29,949 nucleotides of DNA, taken from IMG/VR virus record IMGVR_UViG_3300012667_000671, positions 1-29,949 of that record. One strand, given 5' to 3'. This DNA comes from a virus (Duplodnaviria > Caudoviricetes). The notes beneath the pieces are model-generated. The model saw only the letters and a list, made by a program, of their open reading frames with translations. It searched no databases and was not told the origin of the DNA. Positions 8,547 through 17,709 of the stretch are shown in pieces (positions within the stretch are counted from its first letter, which is position 1; each line of letters starts with the position of its first letter). The position numbers and the translations under genes were made by a program.

Positions 8547-9061
8547 TATACATACTCCTTTAGGGACCATACAGAGTCCCACTTATAACAACGTCTAAAC
8601 CCAGCAGCAGGCGATGCCTTCGGGACAAATATGTACCGCGCCGTCCCGTACTGGTTCATGCGGGCCTTTCCCACATTCTTCTCTACGTAGCTAGCAAACT
8701 CGCTAGCCTCATAGAAATACAGTTCGCTAGCTTGCTTGTCGTAGTAGACGATGTAGTCTACTTCATCAGTGAAGGCGCGATACTCCGGTATGTGTTCCTT
8801 ACCATTATAGATACTACACACCTCAGCGGTGAAAGCCTCCCAAGGCTTTCCATCGTAGCGTGGGCAAGCAGTCTTTATCTCAAACGTACAAACACCTACT
8901 TTCTCAAACTCAACCAAGAAGTCATAAGGGTATGACTGATGAGGTACCTTGCTTACACTCAGTACCTCATCAGTCTCATTGGCCCAATGCTTAAAGCATC
9001 GTTCCCCCTCATCACCATCTAATAGCTTCTCTTCAAACAATGCCTTATCGAATAACTTCAT
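8546..9061 (-). CDS. PD-(D/E)XK restriction-endonuclease-fold nuclease (putative)
   Basis: Start moved to ATG 9061 (GAGGTG RBS). GDEGE helix, YPYDF and FEIKT give the E..PD..ExK order, followed by DYIVYY. Confidence 0.7.
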   Translation of the reverse strand: MKLFDKALFEEKLLDGDEGERCFKHWANETDEVLSVSKVPHQSYPYDFLVEFEKVGVCTFEIKTACPRYDGKPWEAFTAEVCSIYNGKEHIPEYRAFTDEVDYIVYYDKQASELYFYEASEFASYVEKNVGKARMNQYGTARYIFVPKASPAAGFRRCYKWDSVWSLKEYV

Positions 9062-9369
9062 AGTACACCTCAGCGAATAAATGAACTCTCTCATATAGAA
9101 TGTCCCGCTGTATATACCTAGAAGCAAATATATTCAGAAAAGTATAGGAGCTTCTCTCGGGCTACTGAAGGCTCTGAGAGCCTCTGTATCGAGTTACCTA
9201 TACACTGACATTGCTTGTGACGCAGGACGCAGCCAAGGGCTGCTGTAGCCTCTGAGACAGGCCAAAGAACCGAAGCCCGAAGGGCGAGGACGCTTGGCCC
9301 GTAAGAGAAGGAAGAAGAAACCCCCGAAGGGAAATATGTGAAAGCTAAGAGGAGTAGGTGTATCACGAA

Positions 9370-9402
9370 TAGAACGCGCCACCATATTCCCTCCTATCTA
9401 GC
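9370..9402 (+). promoter_or_regulatory. Recurrent intergenic motif, copy C (before capsid leader)
   Basis: TAGAACGCGCCACCATATTCCCTCCTATCTAGC, close to copy A. Confidence 0.65.
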
Positions 9403-9638
9403 AGAGAACCTTACATAGTTTCTACGAAGTGAACAAGGAGTTGTAAGCGAACTCCTAGCTATAGTAGCTGCACCTAACCAATGGTAACCAGTACTGGTAG
9501 CAACCAAAACGCTTCTTCTAAGAGAAGACCCTATACCATATAGGACACCAACTCATAGAAGGAATGCAAGTTGTAACCTATAACGTAAGAGCCAACAGGG
9601 CTCTTACTCACTAACCAAAACACTTAGGAGTAACTACT

Positions 9639-10634
9639 ATGGCTGCAAATATCGACGTACTCTCTACTACGCTTCAGCACTACAGCAAGAAAGAGACTGA
9701 CCTTCTCTACAAGAAACTGCCATTTATGGATATGGCTAAGGAACTCAAGGGCATTGAGATAGTCCCTGGTGGTTCTAGCATCGTTCGTCCAGTTGTTATC
9801 GGTGAGCACTCTGTCACGACTGAAGTTGTAACTGGCTACGAGCCTATCGACCTCACCGTTGGTAGCATCATGAACCGCGCTCAGTACGAGTGGTGTGACC
9901 TTGTTCGTCCCATCGTTCTTACTCAGAAGGACCAGATGGAGAACAGCGGTCCCGATGCTATCGTTGGGCTCATGAAGGTTAAGCTAGAGGCTGTTATGTC
10001 TTCTCTCCGTAGAGAACTGAACCGCCGCATTATCTCTGGTGTAGGTCCGACCAGCCTGAACACCCTGAACGGTGAGTTCTCTACTGGTGGCTTCCTAGAG
10101 GCTGGTGCTGCTGCTGCTGCTACTCAGACCAACACTGTTGGTGGACTCCAGAAGAGCATTATCGACGCTGAGGGATGGTACAACTCCTTCTTCCAGGGAA
10201 CGGCAGCTACCGTTGTAGCTGACCTCACCGAGCTATACCAAGAGGCTAACCAGTTTACCTCTAGTGGCCAGGTCCAGGGTATCATCATGAACCCAGCTAC
10301 CTTCAGAGCCTACAAGTCTGCTCTCTATGGGAACGAGCGTTACGTTGATGCTGCTGCTCTTGACGGTGGTAACCTGAAGCTCGCCTTTGCTGGTGCTGTA
10401 GTCATGCAGGACAACGAGATGCCTAAGAACGGCTCTTCCGTATCGGCAACTACTTTCTCTGCTATGATGCTGAACTTCTCTGGACTGAAGCTCGTCCTCC
10501 ACAAGGATGGTAACTTCCAGGCTAGCTCTTTCATGGTTGACCCAGCTACTGCTGCTCTCACCGCTCACGTTCTCTTCAAGGGCCAGCTCGTTGCCGACCA
10601 CCTCCGTGGTTGTGGTATTCTCAGCGGTATCTAA
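9639..10634 (+). CDS. Major capsid protein (probable HK97 fold)
   Basis: 331 aa with strongly biased codons. Motifs VTGYEPIDL, AQYEW, VGGL, IIMNP..F..Y, LAFAGAVVMQD and terminal GILSGI fit podovirus capsids. Confidence 0.9.
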   Translation: MAANIDVLSTTLQHYSKKETDLLYKKLPFMDMAKELKGIEIVPGGSSIVRPVVIGEHSVTTEVVTGYEPIDLTVGSIMNRAQYEWCDLVRPIVLTQKDQMENSGPDAIVGLMKVKLEAVMSSLRRELNRRIISGVGPTSLNTLNGEFSTGGFLEAGAAAAATQTNTVGGLQKSIIDAEGWYNSFFQGTAATVVADLTELYQEANQFTSSGQVQGIIMNPATFRAYKSALYGNERYVDAAALDGGNLKLAFAGAVVMQDNEMPKNGSSVSATTFSAMMLNFSGLKLVLHKDGNFQASSFMVDPATAALTAHVLFKGQLVADHLRGCGILSGI

Positions 10635-10666
10635 GAACTAACCCCAACTACTAAAGGAGATATAAC

Positions 10667-11107
10667 ATGTCTACTATTCCGTTTCTTCGTGATGGTGTTG
10701 AATACAAAACTGGTGTCGTAGCTCTTAAGCTATCCGCCCCTGAAGGCGATATCTTCATTGCTAGCGGTGCTGTCGCTAAGGGTGACTGGGTTACCTTTGA
10801 TACTGCTAAGCTCGGCGCAGAGAACGTCCTGTACGTTCAGACTGCCGCCTTTACTGCCCTTGGTGCAGTAGTGTGTGGTGTGGCTGCGTCGGCTGCTCTC
10901 GATGGTGAGAAGGTCCAGGTCATTACCTCTGGCTATGTGGCTGGTGCTAAGGTGACTAGTGGTGTCGCTGCTGGTTCTCCGCTGAGCGTAGACACTACTG
11001 CTGGTACTGGTACCCTTGCTGATGCTGCTAATGCTATTGTCTGTGGACAGTCCCTTGATGCTGATACTGCTGGGTTCGCCCCATGCTGGGTATTCAAGCG
11101 GTTCTAA
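10667..11107 (+). CDS. Capsid cement/decoration protein (DUF2190-like)
   Basis: Ala/Gly/Val-rich 146 aa directly after the capsid gene; AVAKGDWV, CGVA, VQVITSG, VAAGSPL; followed by a terminator. Confidence 0.75.
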   Translation: MSTIPFLRDGVEYKTGVVALKLSAPEGDIFIASGAVAKGDWVTFDTAKLGAENVLYVQTAAFTALGAVVCGVAASAALDGEKVQVITSGYVAGAKVTSGVAAGSPLSVDTTAGTGTLADAANAIVCGQSLDADTAGFAPCWVFKRF

Positions 11108-11134
11108 GCTAAGCTGGTTCTTCGGCTGATATAG

Positions 11135-11167
11135 GAAGCCCTGGCCTTGTGCCAGGGCTTCTTCTTT
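11135..11167 (+). terminator. Intrinsic terminator after capsid operon
   Basis: GAAGCCCTGGC-CTTGT-GCCAGGGCTTC then TTCTTT. Confidence 0.85.
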
Positions 11168-11170
11168 CGT

Positions 11171-11199
11171 GCTATATAGGGTGGTGCTTGTGCTGTTCT
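11171..11199 (-). promoter_or_regulatory. Recurrent motif, antisense copy H
   Basis: Minus strand AGAACAGCACAAGCACCACCCTATATAGC. Confidence 0.45.
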
Positions 11200-11346
11200 G
11201 CTTACATAAGTGGCTTGCTCTTTGAGGTATAAGTGTATGATGTAGTTAGGAAGAAGAATATACAAGAGTTAAGCTGAGGTTTAAGAAAAAAGAGTAGAAG
11301 ACCTGACACTAATAGAAGGAGTGACCTGAACCTGCTGTAGTGTAAA

Positions 11347-11380
11347 AGAGCGGCGGCAACATATTCCATCCTACCTAGCC
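11347..11380 (+). promoter_or_regulatory. Recurrent intergenic motif, copy D (before tail module)
   Basis: AGAGCGGCGGCAACATATTCCATCCTACCTAGCC. Confidence 0.6.
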
Positions 11381-11402
11381 TCATAAACAAGGAGTACTCA
11401 TA

Positions 11403-12941
11403 ATGGACCTACAGAGTATAAGAAACATGGTGAAGTCAGTAACAGACTATGCACCTGAACTACAGTCTTACAACAACCAACTAGATAGCCTCATCAATGA
11501 AGCATACCTTAGACTATGGAGCCATCGTAGGTGGGTGTTCACTACTCAGCTTATGAGCATGAGAGTACATCCTGATATGACCCCTGAACGGGAAGCCAAC
11601 GGGGCTTCCCTCCCTGAAGCCAGTTACTCTGATGGGCAGAGGCTTATCACATTCTCTGAAGCACTAAGATATACCTCTCTCTATAGAGAAGCATACGAAG
11701 GCAACGTCATTACCCTTGAAGGTAGAGACTACACCATCGTAGAAGTAATAAGTCCAACCAGCATCTCTGTCTCTGAGCCTATAAGAGTAGTAGATGGAAG
11801 CTCGTCCGTCACTGGTTACTTGGACTGGACCATCAAGTGTAAGCAGTACACTCTCCCTGAAGACTGTGTGGAGATACTAGGTATCACTCATGTAGACGCG
11901 CCATCATATTCCCTACGAGCCCCAAGAACAAGAATACCATGTGTCTTGCCATCACAACTAGATAGCTATCCCACACTAGAGAATACCACTAGCAACTATG
12001 CAGAGTACTATGTACCTAGACCACCAGTACATGTACCACCTGGAGAGAAGCTATCAGTAGACTTCACTGCATCTGAAGGTGCCTCTGATGGTAACCTAGA
12101 ACAGCTATCCTTCTATGAGCTATGCTGGTCATTCGTAACACCTACAAAGGAACGCGGACCTCTTTCTGAACCAGTCATAGTCCAAGTACCAGAGAACAAG
12201 CAAGCACCTACACAGAAGTACAATGCCACAGTGAAGTTCCTAACCTGGGATGATAAGGAGATGGCATCACTCAATACCACCTACACAGCAGGCCCTGGTA
12301 CACTCAGGCCGTTAGAGGGAATGAGAAAGGAGCTTTGGTATAACCAGAACTTCAACCCAGCTACAGGAGAAAGGCTTGGCCTACCCAAGTGGAGACAAGT
12401 AAGAACTGGTCACCAGCCTGGTGACCCCACTTACTTAAAGGGACAGGACCTACCTCTATTGACTGCTGACACTGAGGCTACTGCTACTATCCTATGGACT
12501 AACTCATTTGCTCCAGGTACAGCAGCTTACAAGGAATGGGACGGGCAACACTTCCGTATCCAGTTCTACCCACGCTTAGATGCTTGGACTCAGTTCTTTG
12601 AGTTCACAAGTACGGGTGTTACTATCCCTCCAAGAAACAGAGACTACATCTATTCAGTGGATGTACGTTACTTGAAGAAGCCTAACCTATTAGCAGCTAA
12701 AACTGATACTCCTGAGCTACCATATGAGATGCACCAGTTAATAGTGTGGTCTGTCCTTGAAGATGTATATAACAAGAGCGGCAATGTACAACTTGCTTCT
12801 GTCTATGCTAACAAGTATGAGAGAGCCTTGAAGGATATAGGTTCACGCTACTTAGAGCTAGTGGACTCTACTGCTGTTCGTGGTTCCTTTGCTAGTGGAA
12901 GACCTACTCCATTCTTGAATGGTCCATTGAGGAAGGTGTAA
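11403..12941 (+). CDS. Head-tail adaptor (tail tubular protein A-like) with inserted domains
   Basis: N-terminal LINEAYLRLW..RRWVF, internal YTLPEDC and C-terminal DTPELPYEMHQLIV..A..Y are adaptor-type signatures. Confidence 0.72.
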   Translation: MDLQSIRNMVKSVTDYAPELQSYNNQLDSLINEAYLRLWSHRRWVFTTQLMSMRVHPDMTPEREANGASLPEASYSDGQRLITFSEALRYTSLYREAYEGNVITLEGRDYTIVEVISPTSISVSEPIRVVDGSSSVTGYLDWTIKCKQYTLPEDCVEILGITHVDAPSYSLRAPRTRIPCVLPSQLDSYPTLENTTSNYAEYYVPRPPVHVPPGEKLSVDFTASEGASDGNLEQLSFYELCWSFVTPTKERGPLSEPVIVQVPENKQAPTQKYNATVKFLTWDDKEMASLNTTYTAGPGTLRPLEGMRKELWYNQNFNPATGERLGLPKWRQVRTGHQPGDPTYLKGQDLPLLTADTEATATILWTNSFAPGTAAYKEWDGQHFRIQFYPRLDAWTQFFEFTSTGVTIPPRNRDYIYSVDVRYLKKPNLLAAKTDTPELPYEMHQLIVWSVLEDVYNKSGNVQLASVYANKYERALKDIGSRYLELVDSTAVRGSFASGRPTPFLNGPLRKV

Positions 12942-12942
12942 T

Positions 12943-15147
12943 ATGAAAGCTTCTACAACTAAAGAGCTTGGTGTTGTTAGTATCGACCAGAGAAGTGTGG
13001 CGGCACCTTCTACTGCTACATCTATAGTGAACATGCGCTATGATGATAGTTCTGGAGGCTTCGTAAATGATAAAGGGTTCGAGCCATATATCCCTCTTAC
13101 TAGCCACTCAGAGACTATAGCTAACACTACATCTTACAGCAGACTATTCTTCTGGGAAAGACATAGAGGTGCTGAAGTATATGCTATCGTTAAGAGAGGT
13201 GGTGAGCTTACCTATGAAGTGAACAACCCTGGTGGTCTTGTCTCTACAAGCTATAAGCCTACACACACTATCTCTTATAACAGGTCAGCAGCTAAGGCTG
13301 ATGACCCTGATGAACAGTTCGCTCCATTTGGTAGGATGCTTCTTATCTTGAATGGCAAAGACCCTATGCTTAAGTTTTGGGGGCGAGATAGAGTGGAGAG
13401 CTTTGGCTTCGTCACTCCTACTCCTGCACCATTACTACTTGCTCCAGACCCACAGTACTTCGATGGTACCTGTACTATCTCTACTCCTGTATCTACTTAT
13501 GACTATCCAAGGAATGATAGTTTCGGCGGCATCTCATTTGACTCTAATGACGGTGCTGGTCTAGGTAACCCAAGTGATGAAGAAGTAAGCCACTACAGAT
13601 ACAAGGTCACATTCATTACAGATACAGGTAGTGAGTCTCCTATGTCTTCATACGCACAGGTAAGCTGGACTCAAAAGGAAGCGGGCCTAACTTATCCAGT
13701 GTACTTCCAATACCTTCCTACGGGCCCAGCAGGTACAGTGGCTCGTCGTATCTATCGTACTAAGAACCTACAAGGAATGAGAGCAGATGGAGTAGGAGAG
13801 ACATACTACTTGGTAGCTCAGGTAGATGAGAACGTATCCCGTAACTACACAGACTCTACACCTGATGACCTGCTCAACACACCAGCACCTACTTCTATAG
13901 AGTCACACGTTATCTCTTCTAGCTATAGGTATGCTGCTTCTTGGGATAATAGGATGTGGCTTGCTGGTGGACAGGGAACTGAGACTAAGCTTATCTATTC
14001 TAAGTCTGGCTTACCCGAGCAGTTTGGACTGCTCTCGTACTTTGATGTAGGTAACAAAGGTGGCGGCGCTATTACTGCACTCATACCACACTACGATAAC
14101 CTACTAGTATTCAGAGAGCATAGCATAGAAGTGATAAGACAAACAGGCTCAGGCTATATCTGTACCACCCTGCATTCCTCTATCGGCACTACAGCTACGA
14201 ACACTATTACGAACATACCTTCTATCGGTGTAGTCTTCCTATCCTATGATGGTGTTTATGCCTTCAAGGGAGGTACACTAGGAGGTTCACAAGTAAGCCT
14301 CACTAAGATATCAGACCCGATACAGGAAGAGATGGACCGCCTAAGCAAAGCCTCTATAGCAAGAGCAACAGCTTCCTTCTCTACGAAAGAGAAAGAGTGG
14401 TGGTGTCTGTTCCCTGTAGATGGAGGTACTTACAACACTCGTAGTATTGTACTGCATGTAGGTACTGGTGGGTGGTCCTTTAGACATGACCTTGAAGATG
14501 GAGAAGCGAACTTCGTCTACAATGATATAGCTGTAGCTCCAGGTGGATGGTTTGTTCTTGCTCCTCGTATGGAAGTTACATTAGTAAGCGGCACCTATTC
14601 TTTATTCCCTAACGGCCTTCAAGTATGGAGTGCCCGTAGAAGTGGAGGGGAAGCTCTAACATACACACAAGTAGAACTCACCAAGACTATAACAGGTACT
14701 ACCGTTAAGCCTCAGATGACTGCTCAATGGCAGTCATCTTGGATAGACCTAGGAGACTCCTCACTACAGAAGCAATATCTATCTGTGGAGGTGGAGGTTC
14801 TTACCTGGGGTCACAACAACGTGGAGCTACTACTCTCTAAGGACTACTCGGATGACACTACCTCTCAGGGTACAAGACCTACTGCCTATGCAGACAACTA
14901 CTCTACAGCCTCTGAGGATGCGTTATACGGGCCTACTACATTCAGCCTAGGGGATAGGACTCCTGCCACTATAGGAACGTCCAGGTGGGCTCAGAGACGT
15001 CCTACAAGAGTACGCTGGGATATACTCACAGGTAACTGTAACAGTATGCGCTTCACTCTTAAAGGCAACACTACCTTCCAAGTTATCTCTTACCAGCTAG
15101 AATACATGGTGGCTGGTAGGAAGATGACACTCAACATCAAACCATAA
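12943..15147 (+). CDS. Tail nozzle (tubular protein B / P22 gp10-like)
   Basis: 734 aa, beta-rich. WDNRMWLAG, LIYSKSGLPEQF, GGAITAL..LLVFREHSI, VVFLSYDGVY and ISDPIQ fit nozzle propellers; FN3-like insert YRYKVTF..RRIYRT. Confidence 0.82.
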   Translation: MKASTTKELGVVSIDQRSVAAPSTATSIVNMRYDDSSGGFVNDKGFEPYIPLTSHSETIANTTSYSRLFFWERHRGAEVYAIVKRGGELTYEVNNPGGLVSTSYKPTHTISYNRSAAKADDPDEQFAPFGRMLLILNGKDPMLKFWGRDRVESFGFVTPTPAPLLLAPDPQYFDGTCTISTPVSTYDYPRNDSFGGISFDSNDGAGLGNPSDEEVSHYRYKVTFITDTGSESPMSSYAQVSWTQKEAGLTYPVYFQYLPTGPAGTVARRIYRTKNLQGMRADGVGETYYLVAQVDENVSRNYTDSTPDDLLNTPAPTSIESHVISSSYRYAASWDNRMWLAGGQGTETKLIYSKSGLPEQFGLLSYFDVGNKGGGAITALIPHYDNLLVFREHSIEVIRQTGSGYICTTLHSSIGTTATNTITNIPSIGVVFLSYDGVYAFKGGTLGGSQVSLTKISDPIQEEMDRLSKASIARATASFSTKEKEWWCLFPVDGGTYNTRSIVLHVGTGGWSFRHDLEDGEANFVYNDIAVAPGGWFVLAPRMEVTLVSGTYSLFPNGLQVWSARRSGGEALTYTQVELTKTITGTTVKPQMTAQWQSSWIDLGDSSLQKQYLSVEVEVLTWGHNNVELLLSKDYSDDTTSQGTRPTAYADNYSTASEDALYGPTTFSLGDRTPATIGTSRWAQRRPTRVRWDILTGNCNSMRFTLKGNTTFQVISYQLEYMVAGRKMTLNIKP

Positions 15148-15158
15148 GGACTTAACCA

Positions 15159-15920
15159 ATGAAGACATTTACTGTTATCGACCCTATAGCTAGAGACTAT
15201 GCTACTCCTGAAGCTATCAACTTAGAAGCATCAGGTATATTGGCACAGTTCAACGGTGCTCTATCATCTGACCAGCTTCCATATGAAGGTACCTCCAGAG
15301 CTAGGATAGCTCCATCTGTTAGGAGTAACGTAGACTCTAAGCCTGATGGTAGCAATGCTGATGGTGTTGGGGTTGCTATGGCAACCCAGGCTTACTATCA
15401 TACAGTAAGTGCTCTTGATAGCTTCTCTTGGGATAGGGATGTGGACCCTGCTGTTAGTGTGTTAGGGCCTCCTCGTGTAGAGCTAGAGTCTGATGAGTCT
15501 ACTTGGGCATCAGGTATTGTGCCTCTCTCTTCTCTCTTAGATGATGGAGTGTTCTTGCGCTTCCCTACTAAGGAAGGTTTCCTCCGTGGTAATGCTGCTG
15601 TAGACCTGGAGTATTTCTTCGTCTCTACTAGTGGTAGTGGTTTCTCAGGTAACTACGGTGCTGACTGGAGATGGCAGATATATGTCTTTGTCGATAACGT
15701 AATGGTAGCTACTACTGGACCACAGCCTGCTGGTAGGAGAAGAACTGTGAACCTTCCATTCTCTATAAGTGTACCAGCTAAAGATGCTTGTGAGGTGGAT
15801 ATAAGGTTCTCCGCCACTTTCAATGGAGCGGGCGAGACTATAACTGGCATCACTACTGTAGAGAGAGCAACTGTCCGCCTCTACAACACACAACTATTCT
15901 GTCGTCACCAGTACAGATAA
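15159..15920 (+). CDS. Putative tail appendage protein
   Basis: Position after nozzle; beta-rich C-terminus. Confidence 0.6.
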   Translation: MKTFTVIDPIARDYATPEAINLEASGILAQFNGALSSDQLPYEGTSRARIAPSVRSNVDSKPDGSNADGVGVAMATQAYYHTVSALDSFSWDRDVDPAVSVLGPPRVELESDESTWASGIVPLSSLLDDGVFLRFPTKEGFLRGNAAVDLEYFFVSTSGSGFSGNYGADWRWQIYVFVDNVMVATTGPQPAGRRRTVNLPFSISVPAKDACEVDIRFSATFNGAGETITGITTVERATVRLYNTQLFCRHQYR

Positions 15921-15929
15921 GGAGCTTAC

Positions 15930-16562
15930 ATGTCTGAGTCTACATTCATCTATCAAAAGAGTCGCGGCCTATTCTCTGCTACGGGCCTGAACTCTCTCTT
16001 TGCTAACCTACAAACAGCTAGTGCTGCTGTCGATGCTACTAACACTAGAACAGAATGTCTTACAAGGAACCATCTCTCCCAAGAACCCAACATCACTAAC
16101 GACTACCTGAATGAAGCAGCTACTACCTATGGAGGTGAGGGTTACGGCTCCTCGGCCGTAACCATATGGACTCTCACTGAGACACTTATTATAGAAGCAG
16201 GACACGCATTGAGAGTAGGCTTCAACCCATTGGTGACTACTACTACTGTAAGCGGAGCCTCTTCTGTTATAGTAAGAGCAGAGTCCTCTTGGTACCTACG
16301 CCTCTATATCACTGTTGGTGGAGTGGATGTGCCCATAGGTCCTTGGTGGGGTTACAGTCATATCTGTGCTGGTTCAGGTACAACAGGTACTTCTGATGCT
16401 AAGCAGATGTTCTATGAGCGTCTTCCTCTAACGGCCCTGTACTTACCTACGAATGATACTACTCTTACAGCTATCAAGGCTAAGATACTCTTCGATGACC
16501 CGGACCACTATACTGTTGGGATGACAGATAGGTATGGTTGGTATCATCATGCTAAGTTCTAA
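15930..16562 (+). CDS. Putative tail appendage protein
   Basis: AAGGAG RBS; Thr/Ser-rich; N-terminal SATGLNSLF resembles fibre attachment segments. Confidence 0.6.
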   Translation: MSESTFIYQKSRGLFSATGLNSLFANLQTASAAVDATNTRTECLTRNHLSQEPNITNDYLNEAATTYGGEGYGSSAVTIWTLTETLIIEAGHALRVGFNPLVTTTTVSGASSVIVRAESSWYLRLYITVGGVDVPIGPWWGYSHICAGSGTTGTSDAKQMFYERLPLTALYLPTNDTTLTAIKAKILFDDPDHYTVGMTDRYGWYHHAKF

Positions 16563-16576
16563 GGAGGAACTACACT

Positions 16577-17404
16577 ATGCCTTTCTCTCCACCTAATACT
16601 TTCTCTACAGGTATCCTCAATGCTTTGTCTTTGAAGCAGAATATGGATGCCGCGCGCCTCTATATCAATGCCGGTATAGAGCCTACTGACTACGATACAG
16701 ACACCTTCTCAACACAGGACTTTCAAGAAGGAGAGTTCTTTGGTGTAACAGGTGATGCTATCTTCATGACAGGTGACCAGTACAACTCTTACTCAGCTAG
16801 TACTATCTCTACGATACAAGAGAGGCAGTATCATACCTCTACTATCAAGAGGCAACATCCTATGACTTCGGTACGGTACATATCCGTACCACAACTAGCT
16901 AAGCAGTTCTACATGGAAGCACCGGGTAGTGCTCTTATAGAGTTAAGCTTCTTTGCTCGTGAAGAGGAGAACGATAGCTGTAGAGGTGCTGTGTATCCTT
17001 GGACTACTGCTGTTGGTTCAGGTCAGTCTCGTTCTGATGGACAACAGAGCTTGTATGTATTAGCTCTTGATGGTAGTGATGTGCGAGGTAATGAGACGAG
17101 GGCTTATGCTTTCAGTGAGGATGGTTTGAATGCCGTTACATTCGGTATGCACTCTATCATGGAAGGAGAGTCTGGTTATCATGGTGGTGCTACTGGTATG
17201 CGTAAGTTCATCTGTATGCAGTTCCTTGCTAAAGACTTAGCTCAGGGGTGGCATAGCGTACAGGTATTGGTAGACCCTCGTAATGAGAATGGGTTTGCTG
17301 GTAGTCATACCTTCTGTGTTGAGACATTCTATGAGGTCGGCTACCATGAATGTACGGCTTCCAGCATCGGTACTACTATTAAGAGTCCCTCTCTCATATA
17401 TTGA
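16577..17404 (+). CDS. Putative tail appendage protein
   Basis: AGGAGG RBS; N-terminal PNTFSTG..NA....NMD....YIN typical of tail fibre N-termini. Confidence 0.62.
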   Translation: MPFSPPNTFSTGILNALSLKQNMDAARLYINAGIEPTDYDTDTFSTQDFQEGEFFGVTGDAIFMTGDQYNSYSASTISTIQERQYHTSTIKRQHPMTSVRYISVPQLAKQFYMEAPGSALIELSFFAREEENDSCRGAVYPWTTAVGSGQSRSDGQQSLYVLALDGSDVRGNETRAYAFSEDGLNAVTFGMHSIMEGESGYHGGATGMRKFICMQFLAKDLAQGWHSVQVLVDPRNENGFAGSHTFCVETFYEVGYHECTASSIGTTIKSPSLIY

Positions 17405-17475
17405 TGTGGGCTTGTAGGAGGAATATGGTGGCTCTTTGAATGAGTAAGCTTATCCTTCCAAGTAACCTATAGAGA

Positions 17476-17508
17476 AGAAGCCCCCAACTTCTTCTCTCCT
17501 ATATAGCC
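17476..17508 (+). promoter_or_regulatory. Recurrent intergenic motif, copy E (before ejection-protein operon)
   Basis: AGAAGCCCCCAACTTCTTCTCTCCTATATAGCC. Confidence 0.55.
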
Positions 17509-17537
17509 AAGAGAAACAACCTGTAAGCTAAGCAACG

Positions 17538-17561
17538 ACAAAGCTCCCCTTGATGGGGAGC
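17538..17561 (-). terminator. Minus-strand intrinsic terminator
   Basis: Minus strand GCTCCCC-ATCAA-GGGGAGC-TTTGT. Confidence 0.55.
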
Positions 17562-17703
17562 GTATAGGAGAACCAACCTGGAAGGAACACAGCTATCCTT
17601 AAGCACCTACACCCTCTTCGCTTCCATCTTATAGGGTAGGGGTGCCTTCCTTGGGGGCGGCACCTTGCTTCTTCAGAGCACCTACTCCCTTCCTTGCTGG
17701 CGA
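17538..17703 (-). ncRNA. Candidate ~165-nt antisense small RNA
   Basis: Bounded by a sigma-70-like promoter and a terminator; internal hairpins; five ANGGA motifs; no convincing ORF. Confidence 0.45.
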
Positions 17704-17709
17704 TGCCAG

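Noticed and set aside
9118-9385. Minus ORFs 9118..9366 and 9194..9385
   Set aside because: Weak starts, no motifs, and they overlap a hairpin-rich regulatory region.
7471-9638. Group I intron around the GIY-YIG gene
   Set aside because: Flanking genes look complete and the endonuclease is in its own opposite-strand operon with a terminator.
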